Source of the DNA: Candidatus Anstonellales archaeon
Lineage (GTDB): Archaea; Micrarchaeota; Micrarchaeia; Anstonellales; J096
Reading direction: 5' to 3'
NCBI GenBank assembly: GCA_038890745.1
Contig: JAWAFD010000002.1
Span: forward strand, 1 to 64,000
DNA: 64,000 nucleotides
The notes under the pieces were generated by a model, which saw only the letters and a list, made by a program, of their open reading frames with translations, did no database searches and was not told where the DNA came from. Shown in pieces: positions 50,057 to 60,283 of the stretch. A program made the translations under genes and the position numbers. Within the stretch, counting starts at the first letter, position 1. Each line of letters opens with the position of its first letter.

Positions 50057-51163
50057 ATGAGAAACCCGGCAGTATTGTTTATTTTGTTGATGCTTTTTTC
50101 CGGATGTATCCAGCAGAGCGGGAATGTTTACATGACTTACGATATAACAGAGTGCAGCAAGGAAGAGCCTACTGGGATGAGTGTTGAGAAAGCCGGTGAT
50201 GTGATATACATAAAACAGGTTGAGAGCTATGTTTGCTGCGCTAATATTACTCTTGCAATGAACACAACTGGAAAAACAATAAAGATTTATGAAGAGAATG
50301 TCGGGGAGATGTGCAGGTGCATCTGCCCATTCAGAGCAAATATTTATCTCTACAACGCAACCGATTTTGAGAACATAGAAATCTATGGAATAAAATTCAG
50401 GGATGTCTATGGGTATGAACTTATGCACAACTATTCGCTTTTGCAAAACATAAGTAAGAATGAATCAGAAGAAAACAAAACAGATGAAAAGTTCTGCAAT
50501 GTTGATAGCGATTGCGCATGCGGTGTCCATAAGATTAGTGGGGAATGTTTTTTTGGAAACAAAAAATATGTTGATGAAACAATCCAATGTCCTGATTTCT
50601 GCACAGGGATAGCTGGAAACCTTGAGATAAGATGCGAAAATAACATGTGCGTGCAAAAGCAAAAACGCGTCATCGGGATTCCGAACCCGGCTTCTGTTTA
50701 TTGCGAGGAACATGGCGGAACCCTTGAAATAAGAAAGGATGAGAAAGGCGGCGAGTATGGCGTTTGTATTTTTGGTGATGGGAGCGAATGCGAAGAGTGG
50801 GCTTTTTACAGGGGGGAGTGCCATCCCGGAGAAAGGTTCTGCAAGGACATGTGCGGGGATGGAACATGCCAGGAGGTTGTTTGCATGGCTGTTGGCTGTC
50901 CATGTCCAGAGACGCCAGAAACATGCCCGCAGGATTGCAGAAGCAGCATCATAGCAGAGTGCAGTTCTGATTTGGATTGTGTTCATGTTCCTTCATGCTG
51001 CCATCAGCAATCCACGGAATGCGTTCCTAGATTTCAAGTTAAAGAATATCCAAATTGCGATGGGGTTGCATGCACTTTGGAGTGCAGGCAGTGCACAGAA
51101 TGCAGGTGTGTAGGTGGAAGATGCGAAACCATTCCTTTACCCATCGATATGTGCTGCGGCTGA
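50057..51163 (+). CDS. Cys-rich secreted/lipoprotein containing DUF333
   Basis: FSGC lipobox-like; IPNPASVYCEEHGG..CEEWAFYRGEC; two C..D.DC modules. Confidence 0.85.
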   Translation: MRNPAVLFILLMLFSGCIQQSGNVYMTYDITECSKEEPTGMSVEKAGDVIYIKQVESYVCCANITLAMNTTGKTIKIYEENVGEMCRCICPFRANIYLYNATDFENIEIYGIKFRDVYGYELMHNYSLLQNISKNESEENKTDEKFCNVDSDCACGVHKISGECFFGNKKYVDETIQCPDFCTGIAGNLEIRCENNMCVQKQKRVIGIPNPASVYCEEHGGTLEIRKDEKGGEYGVCIFGDGSECEEWAFYRGECHPGERFCKDMCGDGTCQEVVCMAVGCPCPETPETCPQDCRSSIIAECSSDLDCVHVPSCCHQQSTECVPRFQVKEYPNCDGVACTLECRQCTECRCVGGRCETIPLPIDMCCG

Positions 51164-51664
51164 GCTGGTTTCAAATCTACTAGAAAGAAAATAGACCAGC
51201 TTGTGGTCGTATCTAGAGAACATTTTGATTATCTCCTCCTTGTTTTTTAATCTTATGAACCCGCTGCTTAAGTAAAGTTTAATAGCACGGCGGTTATTCC
51301 TATGGGATGCTATAACAGCAGTTTTATTTTTTTTCGAAGCAATCTTCTGCAAATGATCAAGTATGAGCTTGCCGATTCCTCTTCCCCACAGATCGCTCCT
51401 TACCCATAGGCTCAGCTCTGCAAAGTGTTCTTTAATTTTTATACCTCCAAACCCAACCACTCCCATACCCTTTTTTCGATAAACGTAATAGCAGCTTTTA
51501 TCTTTACTCATTTCTCTGATTAGCTTAATTAGATATCTCTTTTCTTCTTCTAGGCTTTTAGGATATGGTGATTTAAGATACAAAAAAATCTCTGGAGAAA
51601 GGGCCGTATATAGTTCCTTAGCATCCGTTACCTTCAATCTCCTTGGCCTTATTTTTATCTGCAT
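51137..51664 (-). CDS. GNAT N-acetyltransferase (RimJ/RimL-like)
   Basis: VGFGG, WGRGIG, N.RAIKLY..GF. Confidence 0.88.
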   Translation of the reverse strand: MQIKIRPRRLKVTDAKELYTALSPEIFLYLKSPYPKSLEEEKRYLIKLIREMSKDKSCYYVYRKKGMGVVGFGGIKIKEHFAELSLWVRSDLWGRGIGKLILDHLQKIASKKNKTAVIASHRNNRRAIKLYLSSGFIRLKNKEEIIKMFSRYDHKLVYFLSSRFETSSAAAHIDG

Positions 51665-53874
51665 GGTAACCCCTTTTTATACAAATCTGAGATATGGGTT
51701 AAGTTATTCCAATAGAAAAACAATAAATTATTTTCTGTGGTTTCTGGAAGAACTTTCTTTAATGCAGCTCTGGTATAGATAGGATCGATGTCGTAAAGGC
51801 AGTCAATGATTTCATCCGAGAGAGTTGTGTATATCTGGTCATTTTTCGCAAAAAGGTTTTCGAGTCTTAATCGCTGTAGCAGAGCCTTCAGCCCTTCTTT
51901 TTCTAAAAACTGCGTCTTTGGGGGTTTGGAATATTTTAATTTATGAAACATTTGAATACTTCGTTCGACATTCTCTGAGAATTTTATAGCAAATATTTTT
52001 GCAGTTGTATCGTCTAAATCGTCTAATCGGAAATAAAAATTGATGACCTTGATAAAAGCTATGAACTCTTTTTTCGTTAGTTCGGTGTCAATAATTTTAG
52101 ATAAAAGCAGCAAATAATTTTTTATTTCACTTGTCTCAAAGTCTCTTGTCGCTTCGTGCAGGCATTCTAGAACCATTGTCCTTTTGCAAAGTATCTCAAA
52201 AAATTCTGCTTTGAACATTTTATTTGCGAGTTGTCTTCGCTGCTCTAAAAAGAGCTTGTAAAAAGAGAGAACCTCGTTTTCATCAAACAAATTCTTACTA
52301 TGGGCGATTATTGAATACCATCTTAGATAATCTATCGTTCTTTGTAATCCAATGGCTTTTTTAATTAAGTCTGTTGGTAAAACTTTTGTTTTGTCTATGC
52401 TTTTGATCTCTTCTTGAAGTATCTTTTCGAACAGATATCCTTCAAAAAGCCCTTCTATTAAGTATGCCCGTGAAAATTCTGGCGCTAGTCTACTAAGTTT
52501 TTTATATAGTTGTTCTTTTGTCAGATTATCAAGATTAGAATCAAGTAGCATTGAGACAAATTTCATGTTAAGTCCGTAACCAAAATCCTCTTTTGTAAAA
52601 ATCTTTAGATCGACTTTTTTCTCCTGGATTGGCTTGATGAATAAGTTCGCATTATTTTCAATGCCTGGAATTAGAATCATATCTCTGTCCGTGAAGATTG
52701 TACTGGCCGCGGAGGGGCAGACCATTTCGCTTCCAGTGTCGTACAACTTTGTTTTCCTTGGAAAGATTGTATAATCTAACACCGCGCATACTAATCCAAA
52801 CTCAGATATAATCTCATACAAATTATGGAGATTTGTTTTTTTAAAGAGGTCGATAGCTCTGCTTGTTGCTAAAACGATCGCCTTTACCTTGTTAAAATCA
52901 TAGAACACCATATTGTTTAAATTAAGTTTTCGTGAACCTTCAGTAAATGGTGTTGTAAAGTGATAGGGAAAAGTATTATTTATCCAATGCGAGATATTTA
53001 TTATTTTATTGCAAATTTTCATTACTTCCTTTATGTCGCTGTCCGTTATCTTAATTTCCTTACCTTTTGCTTTTGTGGTATAATATAAAGTTAGAACATT
53101 AAAAAATAAAGGCCAGTTTGTTTTATCTAGTGTAGCCGCGTTAAGCAGATCAGTGGTATCTATTCCCTTTCTCCAGATCCCAATCTTTTCTCTATCTAGA
53201 ATTAGTATCGGATGAATAAAAATATTATAATGATCTTGCAGTTTGCCTTTTGAATTTATCAATTTGAGGGCCTTCGTTGGCCATGCACCAATAATGTTTC
53301 CACCTAAAACAAATGTATCAATCTCATCGAATATGCAAGGAAGAGCTATGTCGATAAATTCTTGGGTCACATACAAACCGTCTTCTATTTCAAAAGGCGT
53401 TTGTTTTTTTTTGTTGACTATGTTTAATTTTTGTGCCGTCTCTAAAGAATACCGTAAATCAGATTCGAACTGCCTTCCAAATATTAGGTTTACTTCGATA
53501 TCACCCTCTTGAAGTGGGGTCAGGATCATTGTTTCTCCGTATTTTTTAAAAGAGAGCTCAGCTAACTTTCTAATTTCTTTTATAAAATAAGATTCATTTT
53601 CAACATCCAAAATTTCTGTGTTATGGCATTCGTTTTCTGTTAGAGTTTTTTTAATGGTCTCAACTAATGGATAATCAGAAACTTTTCTGAATGGTAGCAA
53701 TAAACTTTTTCTTGTCATGCGCGCTATTGCTGCAGCATTTTTGAGAGTTAGAAGCTGACCAAGGTGCAATCCAGATATGCTTAGTAAAGTAGGAATAACG
53801 GTCCTCATAACAATATACTGCCTGTTGCGAAATATAAGGGTTTGCATGGCAGTAACTGTGGGGCATAATTCCAA
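51655..53874 (-). CDS. Divergent class Ia aminoacyl-tRNA synthetase-like protein (start may be 53847 or 53808)
   Basis: GLHLGQ..AIARMTR, FP..LYDTGSEM, PTDLIKK..DYLRWY in ValRS/IleRS order. Confidence 0.55.
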   Translation of the reverse strand: MELCPTVTAMQTLIFRNRQYIVMRTVIPTLLSISGLHLGQLLTLKNAAAIARMTRKSLLLPFRKVSDYPLVETIKKTLTENECHNTEILDVENESYFIKEIRKLAELSFKKYGETMILTPLQEGDIEVNLIFGRQFESDLRYSLETAQKLNIVNKKKQTPFEIEDGLYVTQEFIDIALPCIFDEIDTFVLGGNIIGAWPTKALKLINSKGKLQDHYNIFIHPILILDREKIGIWRKGIDTTDLLNAATLDKTNWPLFFNVLTLYYTTKAKGKEIKITDSDIKEVMKICNKIINISHWINNTFPYHFTTPFTEGSRKLNLNNMVFYDFNKVKAIVLATSRAIDLFKKTNLHNLYEIISEFGLVCAVLDYTIFPRKTKLYDTGSEMVCPSAASTIFTDRDMILIPGIENNANLFIKPIQEKKVDLKIFTKEDFGYGLNMKFVSMLLDSNLDNLTKEQLYKKLSRLAPEFSRAYLIEGLFEGYLFEKILQEEIKSIDKTKVLPTDLIKKAIGLQRTIDYLRWYSIIAHSKNLFDENEVLSFYKLFLEQRRQLANKMFKAEFFEILCKRTMVLECLHEATRDFETSEIKNYLLLLSKIIDTELTKKEFIAFIKVINFYFRLDDLDDTTAKIFAIKFSENVERSIQMFHKLKYSKPPKTQFLEKEGLKALLQRLRLENLFAKNDQIYTTLSDEIIDCLYDIDPIYTRAALKKVLPETTENNLLFFYWNNLTHISDLYKKGLPCR

Positions 53875-53952
53875 TTAAAAAGATGCTTGGTTGGGAGTTG
53901 CATAGATGTTGCCTTGGCGAGTAGATTGTGCATTTATCTGTGTAGACCTATG

Positions 53953-54783
53953 CTACGTAATCTGCTCAAACTCGATCCGGACTAAATTTACCTCACAGCC
54001 TGTTATCAGAATGGAAACCCCGAGTGCAAAGCAATACACCCCAAACCACCAAAACCTTCCTTCCTTTATCATCCCAATCAAAAACTTCATAGAGAGATAT
54101 CCAACAATCGCAGAAACAAAAAACCCAGCAAGAACAGAAATTAGATTCTGCTGAATAAATTCAACTGAAGCACTCTCCATTCCCTCAAAAATTCCTGCTC
54201 CTACTATTGCAGGTATGGAGAGTAAGAACGAAAATCTAGCAATGTTTGTTTTGTCATTTCCTAGCAGCATTCCCGCTGCAATGGTAGAGCCGCTTCTTGA
54301 AATACCGGGCGCAACAGCAAAGCCCTGGAACATCCCCATGATAAGCGCATCAAAATAGGAGGGTTTTTTTCCTTTTATTGTTTTTGCTTTTTCGCCTACA
54401 AACAGAAGCAGGGCGGTTATCATTAGCGCAATCCCAACATATCTTATCTCAAAAAACATTCCCTCAAAAAAGTTCTTAAACGCAAAACCTATCACTGCGG
54501 TTGGGATGGAGGCAATAATGGTCATGAAAAATAGTTTTATTCCATAATTAATTTTCTTTGTTTTTACCCCATCAATAATCCCGGAAATAATTTGAAAAAT
54601 CTCATCTTTCAAAAAAACAACCGCCGCGAGTAAGGTGCCGATATGCAAAACAATATCAAACATTACAGGAACTTCCAAACCAAAAAAATTCTGAGCTATC
54701 GCAAGATGGCCTGAGGAGCTAACTGGAAGCCATTCCGTAATTCCCTGCAAAACCCCAAGCAAGATCGCGTAAAGAACATCCAT
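53953..54783 (-). CDS. uppP: Undecaprenyl-diphosphate phosphatase
   Basis: QGITEWLPVSSSGH, PGISRSG. Confidence 0.96.
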   Translation of the reverse strand: MDVLYAILLGVLQGITEWLPVSSSGHLAIAQNFFGLEVPVMFDIVLHIGTLLAAVVFLKDEIFQIISGIIDGVKTKKINYGIKLFFMTIIASIPTAVIGFAFKNFFEGMFFEIRYVGIALMITALLLFVGEKAKTIKGKKPSYFDALIMGMFQGFAVAPGISRSGSTIAAGMLLGNDKTNIARFSFLLSIPAIVGAGIFEGMESASVEFIQQNLISVLAGFFVSAIVGYLSMKFLIGMIKEGRFWWFGVYCFALGVSILITGCEVNLVRIEFEQIT

Positions 54784-54786
54784 GCT

Positions 54787-55797
54787 CTATATCCCCAACG
54801 GATTATCCATCTTTCTTTTTTCAAGAAATTTTTCTATCCCAAAAATTTTTAGTATGTTTACTCCAAAATTGAACATTTCTGTTGGGAGGGTTTCATTTAT
54901 TTTTTGCAAAACATTAAACTGCGTAAGCGCCAGTCCATACCTTCTTCTCCACTCTCTTTCATACCCCTCCGGTCTTTCAATATATTGCGCAGAAAGCTCA
55001 GCAGTTCTCAAACCATACGCAAGCCCTCCTCCGCTGAATGCCTTCACATGCCCAGCAGCATCCCCTACAAGCAGAACATTCCTTCCATTTTTTTTCATTC
55101 CAGTTTTTCTCCTAACGGCTATGGGAATTATTGCGCTTTCCTCCACTCTTGTTTTTATTCCGATTTCTTTTGTGAATTTTTCAAATGCTGCATTCACGTT
55201 GTTTGGCAAAACAACCCCACACCCAACCTCCTGCATTTTTCCTTGGTCAACAATCCAAGAAAAAAACCCTTTTGTGTATTCATTAAAATAGAGATGGACG
55301 CTTTCTTTATCTATAATCTCCTCATTTACTTTTGCTATCGCTGCTGAAACAAACTTTTCAATCTTCGGAAACCCAAAATTTTTTGCAACAACAGAGTTCG
55401 CCCCATCTGCGCCGATAATATTTTTTGATTTGTACTGCGACAATCTTTCGATTCTTCTTCCGTATTCTACTGTCGCGCCCCGCCTTTCAGCCTCCTTTGC
55501 CAGCAAAAAATCCATCTTTTTTCTATCGATTACGTAAGCTCCTTCCCTATGTTTTATTTCTAATTTTGTTTTTCCAAAATGGAAAACCGCCTTTTTTATT
55601 CTCTGCAGACCTATTCTTTCAGTTTTTATGTATTTTTGCAAGAATTCGAGGGTCTCTTTTGAGACAAGCCCGGTGCATATAGTGTTCGCACCAGGTTTTT
55701 TCTCCTGCTCGGAAGCATAAACCTCATACCCATTACGGAGTGCGGAGAGGGCAGCAACAGAACCAGAACAACCAAGCCCAACGATATGTACATTCAT
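54787..55797 (-). CDS. Geranylgeranyl-reductase-family FAD oxidoreductase
   Basis: GxGxxG, CTGLVS, LVGDAAG..GGG. Confidence 0.88.
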   Translation of the reverse strand: MNVHIVGLGCSGSVAALSALRNGYEVYASEQEKKPGANTICTGLVSKETLEFLQKYIKTERIGLQRIKKAVFHFGKTKLEIKHREGAYVIDRKKMDFLLAKEAERRGATVEYGRRIERLSQYKSKNIIGADGANSVVAKNFGFPKIEKFVSAAIAKVNEEIIDKESVHLYFNEYTKGFFSWIVDQGKMQEVGCGVVLPNNVNAAFEKFTKEIGIKTRVEESAIIPIAVRRKTGMKKNGRNVLLVGDAAGHVKAFSGGGLAYGLRTAELSAQYIERPEGYEREWRRRYGLALTQFNVLQKINETLPTEMFNFGVNILKIFGIEKFLEKRKMDNPLGI

Positions 55798-56189
55798 TTT
55801 TTCATCCTTTTCAACGCATCCATTAAGATTTTATTATGGTCAAAAGCAAGCTTAATTTTTTTCGCTTTCTCAACATCAAACCATCTCACTTCCTCAGCAT
55901 CATCGCTTGCTTTTAATTTCCCGCCGGTAATCCGGCATAAAAACGCAACCCCAACAATTTTTCTTGGGTCCCTTTTTGGGTCAGAATAAACCCCAACTAA
56001 TTTTTGTAATTTTACCCTAAGCCCGGTTTCTTCCATACATTCCCTTTTTGCGCATTCCTCTATTGTTTCGTTCTCCTCTAGCCTCCCCCCGGGAAAGGCC
56101 CACATTCCTTTGAATGGTTCATTTTTTCTTTTAACCAAAAGCACAGAATTATCTTTTATTATTATAATATCAGCGGCTATGGGGCGCAT
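55794..56189 (-). CDS. NUDIX hydrolase
   Basis: GG.LEENET..AKRECMEETG. Confidence 0.95.
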   Translation of the reverse strand: MRPIAADIIIIKDNSVLLVKRKNEPFKGMWAFPGGRLEENETIEECAKRECMEETGLRVKLQKLVGVYSDPKRDPRKIVGVAFLCRITGGKLKASDDAEEVRWFDVEKAKKIKLAFDHNKILMDALKRMKK

Positions 56190-56238
56190 GGGGAGTGTAG
56201 AGCAACATAATTTTTAAATTTGCAGGGCATATACACAC

Positions 56239-57465
56239 ATGCGAGTTTTTTATTTTGCTGCTCTCCTTCTCATTTTTTCATTTGCGTTTTGCGCAGATGC
56301 AGAAAATGTTCCATCAGAGGAGGAGCTTATAAAAATTTATGAAGAGAATTTTGCCGACGCGAGCATAGAGGATTTTATAGTTGTTGAGGGAAGCGGCCTG
56401 AGCACAGCAGAGGTTGCGGCCATTGAGTATATAAAATCGCAGTATCCTGAGTTTGTGCCATACTACCATCCTCTCAATGATAGTGAACACTCATTTCAGG
56501 TTGTTAAAAATGCCCCGCAGGATAAGATAATCATCCTCGTTGGTGGGCCCAGCCAGAATAGAGTATCAGAAAAAATTATTTCCTTGGGCTGGGTGAAAGA
56601 AGAGAGCAAGGCAACATACTATACTCAGCTGGTTGTTCAGAATGGAACAAACCCAAATGGAGCAAAAATATTCATCTTTTCAGATAAAAAAGGGTACAGC
56701 AATCTTCCGAGAAAAAGTGTGGAGTACTCTCCTCTTTCAAAAGTTATTCCGCCGGAATACGTGCCCCCAGCAGCAACTGGAATAAGCGCAATCCTCCTCC
56801 ATGTTTTCAACCTCGGCCAGACCATGCTTGAAGAGTCTCTGGAGGAGTTTGGAAAGAAAAAAAAGAAAAAAGGGAAGAAAAAAGAGAGCTTGATAAAAAA
56901 ATATGGGATGGAAATCCTTTCTTTTCTCCTAGCCTCATTCATCCTTGCGATTGGGGTGACATGGACCTTTGTCGGGGCGAGTTTGATGTTTATCCCATAT
57001 CTTATCCTTAATATGGCAGTGTGTTTCTTCATCATCCTAACCTACGATGGTTTTAGATGGGTTGCAGCAAAAATACTCGGAATACCCGCAGAGTATATTT
57101 TCTGGCCTGCAGGTGCATTAATAACGCTCGTAAGTAGTTTCCTTGGAAATCCTTTCGGGCTTTCGGGCGTTTTGGTTGAGGAGACAGAAAAAATAAAAGC
57201 AAAATGGAAGGTTGGAATAATGAATCTGGCGGCATCCTTTTTCAGCATTTTTATAGCAGCTGTTTTTTTCTTAATAAACTTCCTTTTTCCATTCGAACTT
57301 TTCCAGATGGTATTTAGCGCCTCCTCAACGATAGCTATGGTCAGCATGCTTCCTATCGGTTCGCTCGGTGGAAATGAGATAAGGAAGTGGAATTTATTTG
57401 TATGGTTTTTTGGATTTGTTTTTGTTTTCGGGGTTTATGCTGTGATTACTTTCTTGATCATCTAG
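56239..57465 (+). CDS. Membrane protein: S-layer-like N-domain plus degenerate M50-peptidase-like domain
   Basis: IILVGGPSQN; TYDGFR where HExxH is expected; SMLPIGSLGG where NxxPxxxLDG is expected. Confidence 0.55.
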   Translation: MRVFYFAALLLIFSFAFCADAENVPSEEELIKIYEENFADASIEDFIVVEGSGLSTAEVAAIEYIKSQYPEFVPYYHPLNDSEHSFQVVKNAPQDKIIILVGGPSQNRVSEKIISLGWVKEESKATYYTQLVVQNGTNPNGAKIFIFSDKKGYSNLPRKSVEYSPLSKVIPPEYVPPAATGISAILLHVFNLGQTMLEESLEEFGKKKKKKGKKKESLIKKYGMEILSFLLASFILAIGVTWTFVGASLMFIPYLILNMAVCFFIILTYDGFRWVAAKILGIPAEYIFWPAGALITLVSSFLGNPFGLSGVLVEETEKIKAKWKVGIMNLAASFFSIFIAAVFFLINFLFPFELFQMVFSASSTIAMVSMLPIGSLGGNEIRKWNLFVWFFGFVFVFGVYAVITFLII

Positions 57466-57512
57466 CCTCTCTAAACAAAACCATTAAAAACATTAATTCC
57501 TAAGTTATCATC

Positions 57513-57761
57513 ATGCTGTTTGAGATAGTAGCATTCATTCTTGCCCTTCTGCTCGTTGCGGCCGTATTCAAATTTATATACGAGTTCAGCTGGAAAAAAC
57601 TTATTCTGAATGCAATAGCCGGCTTTCTTTCTCTCCTCATACTCAATCTCTTTGGAATCGGAATCCCGATAAATCTCCTTACGATATTCATAATTGCAGT
57701 AACAGGAATGGTCGGGCTGATCATAATCCTCCTTTTTCATTTTTTTGGCATTGCGTTCTGA
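57513..57761 (+). CDS. BofA-like (pro-sigmaK processing inhibitor family) small membrane protein
   Basis: LILNAIAG..LN.FGI.IPIN..T..G..G pattern. Confidence 0.75.
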   Translation: MLFEIVAFILALLLVAAVFKFIYEFSWKKLILNAIAGFLSLLILNLFGIGIPINLLTIFIIAVTGMVGLIIILLFHFFGIAF

Positions 57762-57773
57762 AAGGGGAGAGGT

Positions 57774-59075
57774 ATGGATTTAGGAAAAGGGCTTAGGGAT
57801 GCGCTGAAAAGGTTTGCTGGCAAATCTGTTATTGATGAAAAGGCGGTTAAATCCCTAGTGAAGGAGTTGCAGAGAATTCTGATTGCAAGCGATGTTAATG
57901 TAAAACTGGTTTTTGAACTTAGCAAAAGAATAGAGAAAAGGGCGCTGGAAAGCGAAAAATTGGAAGGGCTTACTTTGAGAGAGCATGTGCTCAAGGTTGT
58001 TTATGATGAGCTCGTTTCCTTTCTGGGTGAGGGATACGAACCAAAGCTATCTCCTCACAAAATTCTTCTTGTTGGTTTGTATGGAAGCGGTAAAACAACA
58101 ACAGCAGGAAAGCTTGCATACTTCTATAAGAAAAAAGGTCTTAGGGTCGCTCTCGTTGGTGCGGATGTAGATAGACCGGCTGCAAGGGAACAGCTTAAAC
58201 AATTGGCTGAAAAAACAGGTGTTTCGTTTTATTCCGAAGGAAAAAAGGAAAACGAGATCATAAAGAATGCGCTTGCAAAAGCGAAGGAGGATATTATAAT
58301 TGTAGATTCAGCTGGGAGGAGTGCTTTTGATGAGGAGCTTGCGCGAGAGCTCGCATCGATATATAAAATGGTCAAGCCAGAAGAGGTTTATCTGGTGATA
58401 AGCGCGGATATAGGCCAGGTTGCAAAGAAACAATCCGAAGAGTTTTCGAAAATCTCCCCGCTTACAGGGGTGATAATTACAAAGATGGATGGCTCTGGGA
58501 AAGGAGGAGGGGCTCTGAGCGCGGTTGCAGCGACAGGAGCAAAGATTGCGTTCATAGGAACAGGGGAAAAAATAGATGCGTTTGAGGTTTATGATGCAAA
58601 AAGATTCGTCTCCCGCCTTCTCGGAATGCCGGACATAAAATCCCTGATTGAAAAGGTTGAGGAGCTGAAAAAAGAAGAGGGAATGGAGGAATTGGTTGAA
58701 GAGGAGTTTACAATAGAGGCATTCTACAAGCAGATGAAGGCGGCCAAAAAAATGGGTCCTTTGAGTTCTATTCTGAGTATGATAGGAATGCAGGACCTAC
58801 CTAAGGAGATGGTGGAGAAAAGCCAGGAGCAGCTGAAAAAATACGAGGCCATGATAAACTCCATGACCCCGGAGGAGAGAAAGGATGCCCTTCTTGTAAG
58901 AAAAAGCAGGGAGAGAATAGAAAGGATTGCAAGAGGTTCGGGTACGAAACCAGAAGAGGTGCGCGCATTCCTAAACCAGTTCAACAGAATGAAAACCATG
59001 GTGGAGAGGTTCAAGCATGATAGAAGCTTCAAGAAAAAAATAGAAAAACTTATGGGCGGAAAACTACCAACTTAA
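57774..59075 (+). CDS. srp54: Signal recognition particle protein SRP54
   Basis: GSGKTTT, DSAGR, TKMD, RLLGMPD, M domain. Confidence 0.97.
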   Translation: MDLGKGLRDALKRFAGKSVIDEKAVKSLVKELQRILIASDVNVKLVFELSKRIEKRALESEKLEGLTLREHVLKVVYDELVSFLGEGYEPKLSPHKILLVGLYGSGKTTTAGKLAYFYKKKGLRVALVGADVDRPAAREQLKQLAEKTGVSFYSEGKKENEIIKNALAKAKEDIIIVDSAGRSAFDEELARELASIYKMVKPEEVYLVISADIGQVAKKQSEEFSKISPLTGVIITKMDGSGKGGGALSAVAATGAKIAFIGTGEKIDAFEVYDAKRFVSRLLGMPDIKSLIEKVEELKKEEGMEELVEEEFTIEAFYKQMKAAKKMGPLSSILSMIGMQDLPKEMVEKSQEQLKKYEAMINSMTPEERKDALLVRKSRERIERIARGSGTKPEEVRAFLNQFNRMKTMVERFKHDRSFKKKIEKLMGGKLPT

Positions 59076-59515
59076 AAAACCCCCGCCGGCTCCTTTACTA
59101 TTGTTAGTACTGTTGCTGTGTTTGTTTTTTTCACGCCCGGACTTGTTGCTATTGTATGTATTATCTCCTTAAAATTGCTTCTGTTTTTCGCAACAACCAA
59201 GCAAATAGCATCATATTCGCCGGTTATCTCATAAACGCCAATAACCCCGCTTATTTTACCAAGCTCTTCGAGGGCATACTTCCCAAATTCATACTGAACA
59301 AAAACAAAAGCAGTTATGGTATAACCAAGCTTTTCGTAATCAACATTTATTGTATATTTTTTTATTACCTTCTCCCTTTCCATCTCTTTTATTTTTTTTA
59401 TCACGGTTGCGGGGTGCATCCTCAGCAAACTCGCTATCTCCCTGCACGAAAGCCTCGAGTCCTTGCTCAGAAGTCTTAGGATGTACAAACTTTTTTCATC
59501 AATTTCTTCCACCAT
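59072..59515 (-). CDS. Lrp/AsnC transcriptional regulator
   Basis: N-terminal HTH, YEKLGY, ITGEYD. Confidence 0.93.
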   Translation of the reverse strand: MVEEIDEKSLYILRLLSKDSRLSCREIASLLRMHPATVIKKIKEMEREKVIKKYTINVDYEKLGYTITAFVFVQYEFGKYALEELGKISGVIGVYEITGEYDAICLVVAKNRSNFKEIIHTIATSPGVKKTNTATVLTIVKEPAGVF

Positions 59516-59629
59516 ATCCTAAATCATTAGGACAAAATATTTAAATACTTTTGTTTTTTTATATCAAATGTTATAGTTTTCTTGCGAAACATATAAAAAT
59601 ATAACTAGTGATATACTCCTGGTGGGCTT

Positions 59630-59962
59630 ATGGTGAGAGAGAAGGAGAGTAAAATTAGAAAGAAGGGTGAGGAAAAAAAGCCTGCTATACGGGTGGATGA
59701 ACACACGCTGATCCTGAAAATAATAAGCGATGCGAGCAAAGAGCTGAACAAACAGAATAATAAAAATTTTCTGGAGATGGCATATGCCCTGAGAGATAAC
59801 ATAAACAAGGCAAATGGCGCTGGCTTTTCCGAAAATGAGAAAAAGGAAGTGAAGGAATTTTTGAGGAAGGCCAAGATTACAATGCTTTTGAACGATAAGG
59901 AGGAGGAGTTCAAGGCGCTTTCACAAATAGAGAAGGATATACTGAAAGCATTGAGAGGGTAA
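59630..59962 (+). CDS. Hypothetical protein
   Basis: GGTGG SD; divergent from the Lrp gene. Confidence 0.6.
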   Translation: MVREKESKIRKKGEEKKPAIRVDEHTLILKIISDASKELNKQNNKNFLEMAYALRDNINKANGAGFSENEKKEVKEFLRKAKITMLLNDKEEEFKALSQIEKDILKALRG

Positions 59963-60030
59963 AATTTAATCACCAGCAATAGCAGCAATCAGCGATATTT
60001 TTTTAAATATATAAGTTTAAACTAATATTC

Positions 60031-60279
60031 GTGAAAACTAAAATTATAAAAGCAATCAGCGATGGAACAAGGCTTGGGTTGCTCGGAATTATAAGAAAAA
60101 AAGAGATTTGCGCATGCGAGCTTCCACATTTCGTAAAAGTAACCCAGCCTGCGGTTTCCCAGCATCTAAAAGTTCTTCTGAAAGCAGGGCTGGTGAAGGT
60201 TCGAAAAAAAGGCACAAAAAGATTGTATTCCCTCTCTCCTCTTGGCAGAAGGGTGATTAAGGATATTTCAGGATGGTGA
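60031..60279 (+). CDS. ArsR/SmtB regulator
   Basis: KAISDGTRL, CACEL, QPAVSQHLKVL. Confidence 0.93.
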   Translation: MKTKIIKAISDGTRLGLLGIIRKKEICACELPHFVKVTQPAVSQHLKVLLKAGLVKVRKKGTKRLYSLSPLGRRVIKDISGW

Positions 60280-60283
60280 TGGA

